A stretch of 64,000 nt of DNA from an uncultured delta proteobacterium (GCA_963772835.1 CAVYYZ010000006.1:48782-112781); one strand, 5' to 3'. Counted from the stretch's first letter, positions 10,062 through 20,419 are shown. A program made the numbers and translations. Notes: generated from the sequence alone by a model not told the origin.

Positions 10062-10122
10062 GATGTCACCTCGTTTTTGTAATGGTTACGCGTCGCTACG
10101 GTAGTAAACTGCAAAATCTGTG

Positions 10123-10227
10123 TTACAGGGATGAAGGAGATAACTATAATAGACTGGAAGCTTTTGTATGGATTAGAACAAAAAAGTCTTTATGGTTGTA
10201 TCTCCGTAATCTTTTTTCTCCCTGTAA
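10123..10227. repeat. Intergenic long imperfect hairpin
   Basis: Nested pairings TTACAGGGA/TCCCTGTAA, GGAGATA/TATCTCC, AGACT/AGTCT, TTTTGT/ACAAAA. Confidence 0.65.
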
Positions 10228-10294
10228 TGAATATTGTTGGTTATGTTCTGTTTTGCTTACTGATACCAATGTACAAAAGCATGTTCTCCGACTC

Positions 10295-11467
10295 CTACAC
10301 CTTCTCAAAAATTCCCGCCGCACCCATGCCGCCGCCGATACACATGGACACGATGCCGTAGCGGGTATCTGTGCGCTGCATCTCCTGGAGAATGGTGGCG
10401 GTCAGTTTTGAACCGGTGCACCCCAGCGGATGGCCGAGAGCGATCGCCCCGCCATTTACGTTGACCCGGGCGGGATCAATTCCGAGCTCCTTGACGCAGG
10501 CGAGGGATTGTGCCGCAAACGCTTCGTTCAGCTCGATCAGACCGATATCCTCCAGAGTCAGGCCGGCCATTTTCAACGCGGCCGGAATGGCGGCCACCGG
10601 GCCTATACCCATCAATTCCGGCGGGACTCCTTTTACGGCAAAGGCCACGAATCGTGCCAATGCCTTTTTGCCGATCTTTTTCAGGTAGTCCTCAGAGACA
10701 ACCAGCACAGCCGCAGCTCCATCGGTCATCTGTGAGGTGTTGCCGGCAGTAACCGTTCCGGTTGCCTTGAAAGCCGGTTTCAATTTTGCGAGACCCGCTG
10801 CAGTAGTATCACCGCGCACACCGTCATCGGTATCGACCAGGCCTGTGCTCCGCTTCATTTTCCCGTTTACCAGAGTACAGTTCTCCGTTTCGACCGGGAT
10901 TATTTCAGCCTTGAATTTTCCCGCTGCGATGGCTGCGGCAGCCTTGGCATGGCTGGACGCGGCAAAAGCATCCTGCTGTTCGCGGGTGATGCCGTACTTA
11001 TCAGCAACCAGTTCAGCAGTAATACCCATCGAGGCGAACGCTTCCGGCCAGCTGGCCATCAGTGAAGGATTGGCGCTGTAACGGCCGCCCCCCATCGGAA
11101 TCATGCTCATGCTCTCGGCGCCGCCGGCAATGATGCAGTCGGCAAAGCCTGCCATGATCCTCTCCGCTGCAGTGGCGATTGTCTGCAGTCCGGAGGAGCA
11201 GAACCGGTTGACCGTCTGTGCCGGAACTTCGACCGGTACTCCGGCCTTCATGGCCGCAACACGTGCAAAGTTCATCCCCTGCTCCGCTTCGGGGAAGGCA
11301 CAGCCGATAATTATGTCTTCGACATCGTGCGGGTCTATACCGGTTCTCTCCAGCAGTCCCTTGATTGCCGCCGCTGCAAGGTCGTCGGGGCGTACATCCT
11401 TCAGTTTTCCTTTTTTTGCACGGCAGCCGGGAGTGCGGTAGGCGGCCAGAATATATGCATTTCTCAT
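10295..11467 (-). CDS. fadA: 3-ketoacyl-CoA thiolase
   Basis: [32 protein letters not shown]. Confidence 0.96.
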   Translation of the reverse strand: MRNAYILAAYRTPGCRAKKGKLKDVRPDDLAAAAIKGLLERTGIDPHDVEDIIIGCAFPEAEQGMNFARVAAMKAGVPVEVPAQTVNRFCSSGLQTIATAAERIMAGFADCIIAGGAESMSMIPMGGGRYSANPSLMASWPEAFASMGITAELVADKYGITREQQDAFAASSHAKAAAAIAAGKFKAEIIPVETENCTLVNGKMKRSTGLVDTDDGVRGDTTAAGLAKLKPAFKATGTVTAGNTSQMTDGAAAVLVVSEDYLKKIGKKALARFVAFAVKGVPPELMGIGPVAAIPAALKMAGLTLEDIGLIELNEAFAAQSLACVKELGIDPARVNVNGGAIALGHPLGCTGSKLTATILQEMQRTDTRYGIVSMCIGGGMGAAGIFEKV

Positions 11468-11515
11468 TGTGTCCTCCGTAATTGTTGTCTGTAATCCTGA
11501 TAATGCAGCTTTTCA

Positions 11516-11655
11516 CCACTAAGGCACTAAGCTCACGAAGAAAACGGGTGTATCGATGGTAATCAATCGTCAGGCAGGAAATTCATACTCTGATTATGTT
11601 TGAATCCCGCCCGGATGTTTCAAAATCTTACTTCGTGTCCTTCGTGCCTTAGTGG
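11516..11655. repeat. Intergenic inverted-repeat element, 25-bp arms built of 8-9 nt units
   Basis: CCACTAAGGCACTAAGCTCACGAAG (11516-11540) vs CTTCGTGTCCTTCGTGCCTTAGTGG (11631-11655): 22/25 complementary, 90-nt spacer. Confidence 0.8.
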
Positions 11656-11677
11656 AGAGACAGGTACTGATTCATAT

Positions 11678-14065
11678 TTAATTCCGCAGCGGCTTGCCCT
11701 TCTTGAGCATATGCTGGATCCGCTCCAGGGTCTTCTTCTGCCCGCAGAGCCGGACAAAAGCCTCCCGCTCCAGGTCCAGCAGGTATTCCTCGGAGATCAG
11801 AGTTCCGCCGGGAACATCCCCGCCGGTGATGACTTCTGCGACCATGCCGGCCAGATACTGGTCATATTCGGAGATATAGCCACCCTGCTGCATATTCCAG
11901 AGCTGCGACTTGATGGTGGCGGCAACGCTCCGCCCGGGCGCCTTCAGGTCGGTCAGCGGCCTGCCGGGACGGTAGTTTGCCGACAGTGAAATCGCCTTCA
12001 GTTTAGCGTCATGGATACGCTTGTCGATGTCCATGGTGATAGCATCCCCCTGGCGCATAAATCCCATCGGTACCAGTTCTGCCGCCGACATACTGACCTT
12101 TGCCATGGCAATATTCATGAAGTTCTTGAAGATGAACGGGGTTGCATCGATATCGTATTCTTCGGCCAGCTTGATGGCGCGAACCGCCATTTCCTTGGTC
12201 CCGCCGCCGGCAGGGAGCAGGCCGACGCCCAGTTCCACCAGGCCCATGTAGGTCTCGGCGTGGGGAATTATCGCATCGGAGTGCAGGCAGGTTTCGCAGC
12301 CGCCACCCATGACCAGGTGGTGAGGAGCCGCCACGACCGGGATTTTGGAGTATTTGATTGCCATCATCGCCTTTTGAAATCCCTTGACCGTCATGGCAAT
12401 TTCATCATATGCCCCTTCGGCGACCGCCATAACCAGCAGCATCAGGTTGGCACCGGCCGAAAACATACTCCCCTCGTTGGCGATGACCAGACCGACGCCC
12501 TCCTCTTCCGTTCGTTTGATAGCCTTATGAACCATGGAGAGGATCTCGCCGCCGATGGCATTCATCTTGGTATGGAATTCAAGACAGAATACGCCGTCAC
12601 CCAGATCGACCACTGACGCACCGCTGTTCTTTTCAAGCACCTTGTTGTTCCTCTTAAGAATTGAGAGGCTGATATGCCCGGGTTTCTGCGGGACTTCACG
12701 GTACTCGTTGTGGAGAATGCTGTAGTAGTAATTGCGTCCGCTCTCGAATTTGTAGAAGCACTCTATATTCTTGAGGCCTTCCGGTACCTGCACGCCGTCT
12801 TTTCCGGCCCGTTCCACGAAGTAGGCTACGCCGATGGCATCCAGCATCTCGAAGGGACCGAGTTCCCAGTTAAAACCCCATTTCATGGCATTGTCTATGT
12901 TGACGATGTCGTCGGCAATTTCCGGTATCCGGTTGAATGTATAGATCAGCGTGTCCCGCAGGTTGGTCCAGGCAAACTGTGCCGCCTTATCGCTCCCGGT
13001 AACAACGGCCTGGAGACGTTTGGCAGGATCGTCGATCGACTTGGCCGCTTCAATTGAAGCGAATTTAGGGCGCTGCGAAGGAGCATATTCACCGGTGGTA
13101 TAATCGTAGTAGAAGAATTCCTGCCCCTTTTCCCCTTTGACCTTCTTGAAGAACCCCTGCCTGCTCTTGTTGCCCAGTAGCCCCTTGGCAACCATTTCAC
13201 GTATGAAATCAGGGAATTTGAAGATATCGCGCTGTTCGTCAGCGGTCAGCAGCTCGTAAGAGTTCCCGGCGACATGCTGGAGCGTGTCGATGCCGACCAG
13301 GTCGGCGGTGCGGAAAGCGGCACTTTTGGGACGGGCCGTCGCCGAGCCGGCGACGGCGTCCACTTCCTCAACGGTCATGCCGGTTTCCATCATGGTACGT
13401 ATGCAGTTACAGATGGCATAGACACCGATGCGGTTGGCGATGAAGTTGGGTGTATCCTTGGCGTAGACTATCCCTTTGCCGAGTCGTTTGGAAATAAACC
13501 CGGCCATAAACGCCGTCACCGCAGGATCGGTATAGGAACAGGAGACTATTTCCAGCAGACGCATATAGCGGGGCGGATTGAAGAAGTGGGTAACCAGGAA
13601 ATTCTTCCGGATATTTTCCGGTAGACATTCTGCCATCTCGTTGACGGAGAGGCCGCTGGTGTTGGTGGAGAGGACCGCCCCCTCTTTGAGGTTCGGAACA
13701 ACTTTTTCGGCGAAAAGTTTTTTCTTGATGGCCATGTTCTCGATTACAACCTCGACAACCCAGTCGCACTCCTTCAACTTCGGCATGTCGTCGTCGAAGT
13801 TGCCGACCTCAATGTTGGCCGCATAGCCCGGCAGGAAGAACGGTGCCGGTTTCATCTTCATCAGCCCGTCCCGTCCGGCTGTCGCAATACGGTTGCGCAC
13901 CCTGCTGTCAGCAATAGTCAGGCCTCCCGCCGCCTCGACATCATTCAGCTCACGAGGTACGATATCGAGCAGAAGCACCTGAATACCGGCATTTGCGAGG
14001 TGTGCGGCAATGGTCGCCCCCATTACTCCCGCCCCCAGAACCGCTACTTTGTTAATCTGTTTCAT
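11678..14065 (-). CDS. fadN: 3-hydroxyacyl-CoA dehydrogenase/enoyl-CoA hydratase (FadN-type, HAD domain first)
   Basis: VLGAGVMG, STNTSG, HFFNPPRY, FIANRIG, C-terminal crotonase domain, KGKPLRN end. Confidence 0.92.
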   Translation of the reverse strand: MKQINKVAVLGAGVMGATIAAHLANAGIQVLLLDIVPRELNDVEAAGGLTIADSRVRNRIATAGRDGLMKMKPAPFFLPGYAANIEVGNFDDDMPKLKECDWVVEVVIENMAIKKKLFAEKVVPNLKEGAVLSTNTSGLSVNEMAECLPENIRKNFLVTHFFNPPRYMRLLEIVSCSYTDPAVTAFMAGFISKRLGKGIVYAKDTPNFIANRIGVYAICNCIRTMMETGMTVEEVDAVAGSATARPKSAAFRTADLVGIDTLQHVAGNSYELLTADEQRDIFKFPDFIREMVAKGLLGNKSRQGFFKKVKGEKGQEFFYYDYTTGEYAPSQRPKFASIEAAKSIDDPAKRLQAVVTGSDKAAQFAWTNLRDTLIYTFNRIPEIADDIVNIDNAMKWGFNWELGPFEMLDAIGVAYFVERAGKDGVQVPEGLKNIECFYKFESGRNYYYSILHNEYREVPQKPGHISLSILKRNNKVLEKNSGASVVDLGDGVFCLEFHTKMNAIGGEILSMVHKAIKRTEEEGVGLVIANEGSMFSAGANLMLLVMAVAEGAYDEIAMTVKGFQKAMMAIKYSKIPVVAAPHHLVMGGGCETCLHSDAIIPHAETYMGLVELGVGLLPAGGGTKEMAVRAIKLAEEYDIDATPFIFKNFMNIAMAKVSMSAAELVPMGFMRQGDAITMDIDKRIHDAKLKAISLSANYRPGRPLTDLKAPGRSVAATIKSQLWNMQQGGYISEYDQYLAGMVAEVITGGDVPGGTLISEEYLLDLEREAFVRLCGQKKTLERIQHMLKKGKPLRN

Positions 14066-14104
14066 CTTGTTCCTCCGGTCAGCACTGATTATTGTTCTGC
14101 GTTC

Positions 14105-15916
14105 CTAGTTACTGTGATCACTGTACAGATCTTCGATTTTGTGTTTGTACTTTTCATAAATAATCTTGCGTCTCAGTTTCAGCGTCGGGGTCAATTCACC
14201 ACCTTCGATGGAAAAGTCGTGGGCAAGCAGCACAAACTTCTTGATGGTCTCATACTGGGGAAGACGGCTGTTGATTTCGGAAAGCCTCTGTTCGAACAAC
14301 CTCTGAACCGGTTCGTGCATCACTAGATCATCGAGTTCGTAATAGTGAATGTGTTTTTCCTTGGCAAATTCCAGCAGTCTTTCCAGATTCGGAACAATCA
14401 GGGCGGTCAGATACGGTTTGCGGTCGCCGTACACAAAAGCCGAGGAGACGTATTTATCCATCTTCAATTCGTTTTCGATCGGTTGGGGAGCGATGTTTTT
14501 CCCGCCTGCTGTAATAATCAGTTCTTTCTTGCGGTCGGTAATAAATACGAAGCCGTCTTCGATAAGCCCGATATCTCCGGTCTTGAACCAGCCGTCCTGG
14601 ACCGCTTCGGCAGTGGCGACCGGGTCGTTGTAGTACCCGAGCATGAGCTGCGGACCCTTTACCAGAATTTCGCCGTCCGCCGCTATTTTGAACTCTGTCT
14701 TCTCCAGAGCGACCCCGACAGATCCAAAGCGAATATGTTCGAAGTTGTTGAAACTGAGGGCCGGGCTTGTCTCGGTAAGCCCATATCCCTCAAAAATCGG
14801 GATTCCGATCACCCAGAAAAATTCATTGATCGTTTTGTCCAGCGGGGCACCACCCGAGCAGAACAATTTCATGTTCCCGCCGAATCTGGCTCTGACCTTG
14901 CTGAATACCAGACGATCTGCCACGCGGTATTTGAGATTGAGCATTGTATTTGGCTGTTTGTCTATATAAGTGGCAGCAACGTATTTTTTGCCGACATCTA
15001 CCGCCCAGTGAAACAGGGCTCTTTTTACAGAAGACATCTGGTGGGCATTTTCGAAAATCCGGTGATATATCTTTTCGAACAGGCGGGGAACACAGACCAT
15101 GACGGTCGGTCGGATCTCCATCATATTTTCAGGAACTTTTTCAATGCTGTCGGCAAAAGCCATCAGAGCGCCGTTGCGGATGGTCATGTAGTAACCTGCA
15201 GTACGTTCAAGAATGTGACTCAAAGGGAGAAAACTCAGCAGGGTATCATTCATGTCGATCGCCCCGCTCTGTTCAGTAAGATACTGAGTGTTGGTCAGAA
15301 TATTGTTGTGGGAAAGCATGACTCCTTTCGGTACACCGGTTGTGCCGGATGTATAGATCAGTGTCAGCATGTCCTCCGGTCCAATCCGGTTGATCCGCTC
15401 ATCCATTTCCTTCTTCTCTTCTGCCGTAATGGGAGAATCAATCTCCGAGAGCTGGTAGAATGTTGTGACCGGGAGGCTTGGGTCCCCCAGAAACCGCTCG
15501 AATGAAACTACAAGCTCCAGACCCGGAAGGGCATCTCTCACCTTGAGCAGCTTGGAATATTGGAACTTCCCGGACACAAATACTATCCTGGAGCCCGAGT
15601 GATTGATCATGTACTCGATCTGTTCGGGAGTATTCGTCGGATAGATAGGAACGGTAGCAGCCCCGGTACAGAGAATCCCCATGTCGGCGATAACCCAGCC
15701 GGCTCTGTTTTCGGAGAGAATGGCAATCCGGTCACCCGGCTTGACACCCATCTTGCAGAGTCCCCTGGTTACCATCAATGCCCTCTCATAGTAAGCGGCA
15801 TACGTCAGCGTAACCAAGGCGCCCTGCTTCCGGTATTTGAGGGCCAACCTGCTGCCGAATTCTGTTGCATTGCTTCTGAGCATATCAGGTATGGAGCGAA
15901 ATGGTGCGGTGCTCAT
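14105..15916 (-). CDS. fadD: Long-chain fatty-acid-CoA ligase (AMP-dependent)
   Basis: YTSGTTGVPKG, EGYGLTET, GWFKTGDIG, DRKKELII, ELTPTLKLRR. Confidence 0.92.
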   Translation of the reverse strand: MSTAPFRSIPDMLRSNATEFGSRLALKYRKQGALVTLTYAAYYERALMVTRGLCKMGVKPGDRIAILSENRAGWVIADMGILCTGAATVPIYPTNTPEQIEYMINHSGSRIVFVSGKFQYSKLLKVRDALPGLELVVSFERFLGDPSLPVTTFYQLSEIDSPITAEEKKEMDERINRIGPEDMLTLIYTSGTTGVPKGVMLSHNNILTNTQYLTEQSGAIDMNDTLLSFLPLSHILERTAGYYMTIRNGALMAFADSIEKVPENMMEIRPTVMVCVPRLFEKIYHRIFENAHQMSSVKRALFHWAVDVGKKYVAATYIDKQPNTMLNLKYRVADRLVFSKVRARFGGNMKLFCSGGAPLDKTINEFFWVIGIPIFEGYGLTETSPALSFNNFEHIRFGSVGVALEKTEFKIAADGEILVKGPQLMLGYYNDPVATAEAVQDGWFKTGDIGLIEDGFVFITDRKKELIITAGGKNIAPQPIENELKMDKYVSSAFVYGDRKPYLTALIVPNLERLLEFAKEKHIHYYELDDLVMHEPVQRLFEQRLSEINSRLPQYETIKKFVLLAHDFSIEGGELTPTLKLRRKIIYEKYKHKIEDLYSDHSN

Positions 15917-15947
15917 GTGGTACCTCCGAGTGATTCACTGTGAGTGT

Positions 15948-15978
15948 AAGCTACATATACTTGACGTTCATGTCAAGT
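15948..15978 (-). promoter_or_regulatory. Sigma70 promoter of the fad operon overlapped by a palindromic operator
   Basis: Minus strand TTGACA-N17-TAGCTT (15976 to 15948); palindrome ACTTGAC-N6-GTCAAGT at 15959-15978. Confidence 0.7.
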
Positions 15979-16298
15979 ATAATTTTATTCTATTTTCGTT
16001 ATTGATTGTGAATGTAATATATTCATACCACCTTTCTTTCAAATCGCAATAACAGCCGGACTATCCGGTTTTATCCCGTTGAGTTTGATGTTTTTCCATA
16101 ATAATGTGAGAAATAGTACGTGAAATCCGATTCAATTATCCCGCCAGTTGTCATAATTAATTACGGGTTATTTATTCATAACCGCCCGATAACAGATAGT
16201 AATCATGAAATAGTGTATATGTTTTTCTTATCTGATCTGTAAATTGAGCCCGTAGATGTCACGTAAAAATTATTTTATACAAGCAGTGCATTTTTATT

Positions 16299-16328
16299 CT
16301 TGACATGCGTGTTAAGGTGGCATAGCTT
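16299..16328 (+). promoter_or_regulatory. Sigma70 promoter of the RHH-fadL-lipase operon with a related palindrome
   Basis: TTGACA(16300)-N17-TAGCTT(16323); CTTGAC-N6-GTTAAG. Confidence 0.7.
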
Positions 16329-16382
16329 GTCGAAAAATACCGTTCTAAAATTAAAATCTATGGCAGGATTACCACAATACCC

Positions 16383-16565
16383 ATGAAACAAAGAACAGGG
16401 ACTCTTCGTAACCACATACTATCAATGCGAGTAAACGCCGATGAATGGGGGGTGATCCATAGTTGCGCACAACGGAGAGGCGCACGCGTGTCAGAGGTCA
16501 TGAGGGATGCATTGCGGATGTACATGCAGCGAAGTGTCGATCACACATACGGAAAGGAGTTCTGA
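16383..16565 (+). CDS. Small ribbon-helix-helix DNA-binding protein (CopG/HgtR-like)
   Basis: RNHILSMRVNADEW...VSEVMRDAL pattern; 60 aa; stop abuts the fadL start. Confidence 0.65.
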   Translation: MKQRTGTLRNHILSMRVNADEWGVIHSCAQRRGARVSEVMRDALRMYMQRSVDHTYGKEF

Positions 16566-16566
16566 A

Positions 16567-17880
16567 ATGAAAAACAAACTGGTTCTAGCATGTATTCTGG
16601 CGTCTCTGACTGGGACAATTTCCCCGGCTATGGCGGCAGGGTTGAAAGTGAATGAGCAGGGAGCAAAGGCAATGTCAATGGGTAATGCCTTTATCGCACA
16701 GGCTGATGACCCCTCCGCGCTCTTCTACAACCCCGCCGGGATTTCGTTCCTTAAGGGGACCCAATTCAGTCTTGGCTCTACCATTATATATGTCCCTTCT
16801 ACCGAGTTTAACGGTACGACTCCACTTAGTGGTGCCGGCGGCACAACATCGGTATCAGAGAATGCCAAAAACGACATCTTCATCGCACCGGCTCTGTATG
16901 TAACCCATTCTTTTGAGAGTATGCCGGTCTCCGTGGGTTTTGCGATAAACGCCATTTATCCCCTTGCCAAAAGCTGGGATGACAGCAGCGCTTTCCGCAA
17001 CCAGGTTATGAACATTGCAGTCAAGCCGATAAACTTCCAACCTACCGTGGCGTATCGTTTTGATGAATGGAACCTCGGGGTCGCTTTGGGACTTGATGTT
17101 ACCCATGCCATTGTCAGCATGCAGACAGCGCCTAATAGCGGCGGATATGAGTTGGGTCTCATGGGGCTTGACGGAACCGCTACCGATGTCGGCTGGAACG
17201 GCGGCCTGCTGTGGAAGCCGCTGCCAAACGCTTCCTTTGGTGCTGCATACCGGAGCGAGATCACTCTCAATATTTCCGGTAATGCCAACTTCCTTGCGAC
17301 GACTCCCGCAGGTTTTGACATAATCGGTATGACAACCAGCATGACTTCACCCTATTCCCGCACCCGTGCACTTTCTACCGTTACAACCGATATTATTCTT
17401 CCTGCCAGCATTGGTCTTGGCGCGGCCTGGAAGCCAATTGAAAAGCTTACTCTTGAATTTGACGCCGAACAGACCCGCTGGAGCTCCATGAAAAATCTGG
17501 AATTCAAATTTGACAGCACACAGTTTACCAATTTTAATAACAAGTCAAAAACGCTCGATTGGAAAGATGTCTGGTGCTACAAAATCGGCGGACAGTACGC
17601 GCTGACTAAAAACCTGGATCTCCGTGCCGGATACATGTTCGACAAAAACCCTATTCCTGATTCCACCCTCGGTCCATTACTTCCCGACGCCGACCGCCAC
17701 AGTTTCAGTATTGGCCAGGGTATTCACAACGACCATTTTTCTGTTGATCTTGCCTATATGTGGACCCACTTTGTGGACAGAAAGGTAAATAACCAGAACC
17801 TGTCGGATCTTCTCGGGGAGAACGGTACTTTCAAGAGTGACGTGCACCTTTTCGGCGCCTCAGTCACCGTAAAGTTTTAA
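16567..17880 (+). CDS. fadL: Outer-membrane long-chain fatty acid transporter (OmpP1/FadL/TodX family)
   Basis: Signal peptide, AMSMGNAFIAQADDPSALFYNPAG (NPA motif), LPDADR, C-terminal Phe. Confidence 0.93.
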   Translation: MKNKLVLACILASLTGTISPAMAAGLKVNEQGAKAMSMGNAFIAQADDPSALFYNPAGISFLKGTQFSLGSTIIYVPSTEFNGTTPLSGAGGTTSVSENAKNDIFIAPALYVTHSFESMPVSVGFAINAIYPLAKSWDDSSAFRNQVMNIAVKPINFQPTVAYRFDEWNLGVALGLDVTHAIVSMQTAPNSGGYELGLMGLDGTATDVGWNGGLLWKPLPNASFGAAYRSEITLNISGNANFLATTPAGFDIIGMTTSMTSPYSRTRALSTVTTDIILPASIGLGAAWKPIEKLTLEFDAEQTRWSSMKNLEFKFDSTQFTNFNNKSKTLDWKDVWCYKIGGQYALTKNLDLRAGYMFDKNPIPDSTLGPLLPDADRHSFSIGQGIHNDHFSVDLAYMWTHFVDRKVNNQNLSDLLGENGTFKSDVHLFGASVTVKF

Positions 17881-17978
17881 CCGGTTGTCCCTTGAACGTC
17901 CGTATGCAGGCTGAAAATCAAAGCGTCGGCACAACGGCTCACAGACCATATTAACTATACAACGAGAGAGGTAATGCC

Positions 17979-20363
17979 ATGAATGCACGTATTATGCGAC
18001 TTCTGTTATATTTCAGCTTCATACTCGCTGCAGGCTGCTCTGCCCCGGATCCGTCAGGAACCAATACTCCCAATACTGTCGGCGTCGGTAACTCGGTAAT
18101 ATTCGACCCTAAAACAGGGGAGATACCGCTGCCGAATGTTCTGGCTACGGCAACCGCTAAGAATCCACTGACCCAGTATAAAGATGCGACAGGGAACTAC
18201 GTTGCCCGGCCGGCCAACACCCCGATGACTCCGCCGGAGGCCCTTGCATATATCAACACCTATGAAATGGGCTCCACTGGTGCCGTGTCCGGCGTGAACG
18301 CACCTGTTTACATCAGGTTTTCAAGCCCTGTAAGTGCTGCGACAGTCACTGCCGCCAATGTCAAAGTGTTTCAGTTGACGCCTGATACTACCAGCAGCTC
18401 AAGTTATGAAAACAGTCCGCTTGGTTTCACCGATATCTCAGGAATGTTTGACTTCAAGTATACCGCCGGAAGTACGGACCTGTTCCTCTTTCCCAAATTC
18501 CCTCTCTCCCCGGCAACACGCTATATGTATGTCGTGACCAACAGAGTGCTGGATGCCGCTGCAGGCACGCCGGTCGTCAGCTCGTACTATTTCAATTTCC
18601 TCAAATCAAAATTCGAGCTCGTCGGTCCATTCGCTGCACTGGAACCGATCCGCGCCAATGTTATGAGCGGAGCAAACATCAAATTATCCGGTTATACCAA
18701 GGTTATGGATGATCTTATTTCGGCCTCCGCAACCACATCAATTACCAGTCGCGACACGATCTCTCTTATGGGTCGGTTTATCACTACCGGAGCAGGCTTT
18801 GTCCCGACCGATGCCACTAATGCCGCCAGCATGATACCGGTAGAAAGTGCACTGCGCGCTTTTGCAGCGGGCGGCGGCCTTGGCGGACTTCCCGGTAAGA
18901 CATGGACAAACGCCGTCAATGGGACCACAACGTACCCCGGAGCAGCCTACTGGGCGGGTGCCGGCGCTCCGGGAAGCGCTCCGGCCAGTCTCCTCAGTGT
19001 AGTGACCGGTACAATCAACAGCGCCGACCTCTCGCTTGATCCGGTTGTGGTAAAAGCCAATACCGCGACAGGAATTGACCAGAGCGCAACTACCGGTGCA
19101 TATAATCCGGCCGCGGGAGTTGTGCAGACATTCCGGAGCGGGGCAAATCTGACCGGTTTCTACCATGCCACCCGTGCGGTACCGTTTATCTATCTCGTCC
19201 CGGCCGTAGCGAACGGCAAGACTATAATTTTTCAGCATGGCATTACCGGCCAGAAAGAACAGGTGTTGGGAGTAGCCGGGGCGCTCACTGGAGCAGGATA
19301 CGCAGTTATCGCCATTGATTTGCCACTCCATGGTGCCCTGGCAGTTCCCACGCACACCACCGGCCCGGTCTGGGGACAGGATTTCATGGCAATCGGTGCT
19401 CCGCTTGCTACCCGCTCCAACATTCAGCAGGGTGCATTTAACCTCAACCGGCTCGAGCTGACCCTGAAATACGGAGATGCAACTCTTGCTGCAGCAGGTA
19501 TTGTTACACCTACTGAAATTAAATATGTCGGTCTCAGCCTCGGTTCCATCGTAGGCGCGTACTATCTGGCAGGTAATACTGCTAATGGTGCATTCCCCAC
19601 TGCCACAGACATGAAAGGTTTCCTCAGTGTTCCCGGCGGGAGAACCGCCTATCTGATTCAGAACAGCCCTGCCTTTGGTCCGAGTGTTAATGCCGGGCTC
19701 ACGGCCAAAGGCGTTGTGACCAATTCTCCCACCTATCACAACTTCTTCCAGGTGACTCAGTCCGTAGTCGATTCGGTTGACCCCGCAACTATGACCACGC
19801 CATTGGGCAGCACCCTGGCGTCCCGTCTTTCAGGGCGTATTGCCATTCAGGAGGCCACCAGTACAACATTCGACGCTTCCGGTAATCCAACTAATGGCGA
19901 TCTTGTCATCACCAATGTGTATACCCGCTACTTCGGTAATGCACTGGGAGGACGAGAAGTACTCGGTTCGGCCGCCAACCTTGTCGCGCCGAATTTCAAA
20001 CAACTGGGTTATCGCGGCGGGGTTACGGCGCGGATTCCTTCTTCTTTCATGTATACCCTGACCGGCGGTGTTCCAACCGCCAAGGCAGACTTTGCAGCAC
20101 AGAACGGTTCCGGTGCAGCCACACCGGCGGAAGGCTACTTCCAGTTTGATCAAACTGGCATTACCCACGGCTTCCTGCTCGACCCGACCGCTTCTTTGAC
20201 CAACACCGGCTATGCCCAGTCGCAGATGGTTCAGTTCCTGCTCTACGGAGGGATTGTTGATTCTACTCCATCCGGTGTGGCAAAACAGATATCTGCGGTT
20301 GATATTCCTGCAATACGGTATGATGTCCGTTTGCCGCCTGTACTGGATATTCTGGGATACTGA
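17979..20363 (+). CDS. Surface lipoprotein lipase/phospholipase (Pla-1/Cef/VolA-like)
   Basis: Lipobox LAAGC; N-terminal FDPKTGEIPLPN; FQHGITG, AIDLPLHG, GLSLG nucleophile, DSVDP, THGFLLDP. Confidence 0.8.
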   Translation: MNARIMRLLLYFSFILAAGCSAPDPSGTNTPNTVGVGNSVIFDPKTGEIPLPNVLATATAKNPLTQYKDATGNYVARPANTPMTPPEALAYINTYEMGSTGAVSGVNAPVYIRFSSPVSAATVTAANVKVFQLTPDTTSSSSYENSPLGFTDISGMFDFKYTAGSTDLFLFPKFPLSPATRYMYVVTNRVLDAAAGTPVVSSYYFNFLKSKFELVGPFAALEPIRANVMSGANIKLSGYTKVMDDLISASATTSITSRDTISLMGRFITTGAGFVPTDATNAASMIPVESALRAFAAGGGLGGLPGKTWTNAVNGTTTYPGAAYWAGAGAPGSAPASLLSVVTGTINSADLSLDPVVVKANTATGIDQSATTGAYNPAAGVVQTFRSGANLTGFYHATRAVPFIYLVPAVANGKTIIFQHGITGQKEQVLGVAGALTGAGYAVIAIDLPLHGALAVPTHTTGPVWGQDFMAIGAPLATRSNIQQGAFNLNRLELTLKYGDATLAAAGIVTPTEIKYVGLSLGSIVGAYYLAGNTANGAFPTATDMKGFLSVPGGRTAYLIQNSPAFGPSVNAGLTAKGVVTNSPTYHNFFQVTQSVVDSVDPATMTTPLGSTLASRLSGRIAIQEATSTTFDASGNPTNGDLVITNVYTRYFGNALGGREVLGSAANLVAPNFKQLGYRGGVTARIPSSFMYTLTGGVPTAKADFAAQNGSGAATPAEGYFQFDQTGITHGFLLDPTASLTNTGYAQSQMVQFLLYGGIVDSTPSGVAKQISAVDIPAIRYDVRLPPVLDILGY

Positions 20364-20387
20364 CAAGATGTATCATGTGTGTGTAAC

Positions 20388-20419
20388 ACTGAAGGCGGAG
20401 CTAACGCTCCGCCTTCAGT
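20388..20419 (+). terminator. Stem-loop after the lipase gene (terminator or stabiliser)
   Basis: Perfect 14-bp stem ACTGAAGGCGGAGC-TAAC-GCTCCGCCTTCAGT; weak U-tract. Confidence 0.6.

Noticed and set aside
10082..10411. + strand ORFs in the fadA-fadE gap
   Set aside because: Antisense to the operon, overlapping the thiolase end and the hairpin; no protein features.
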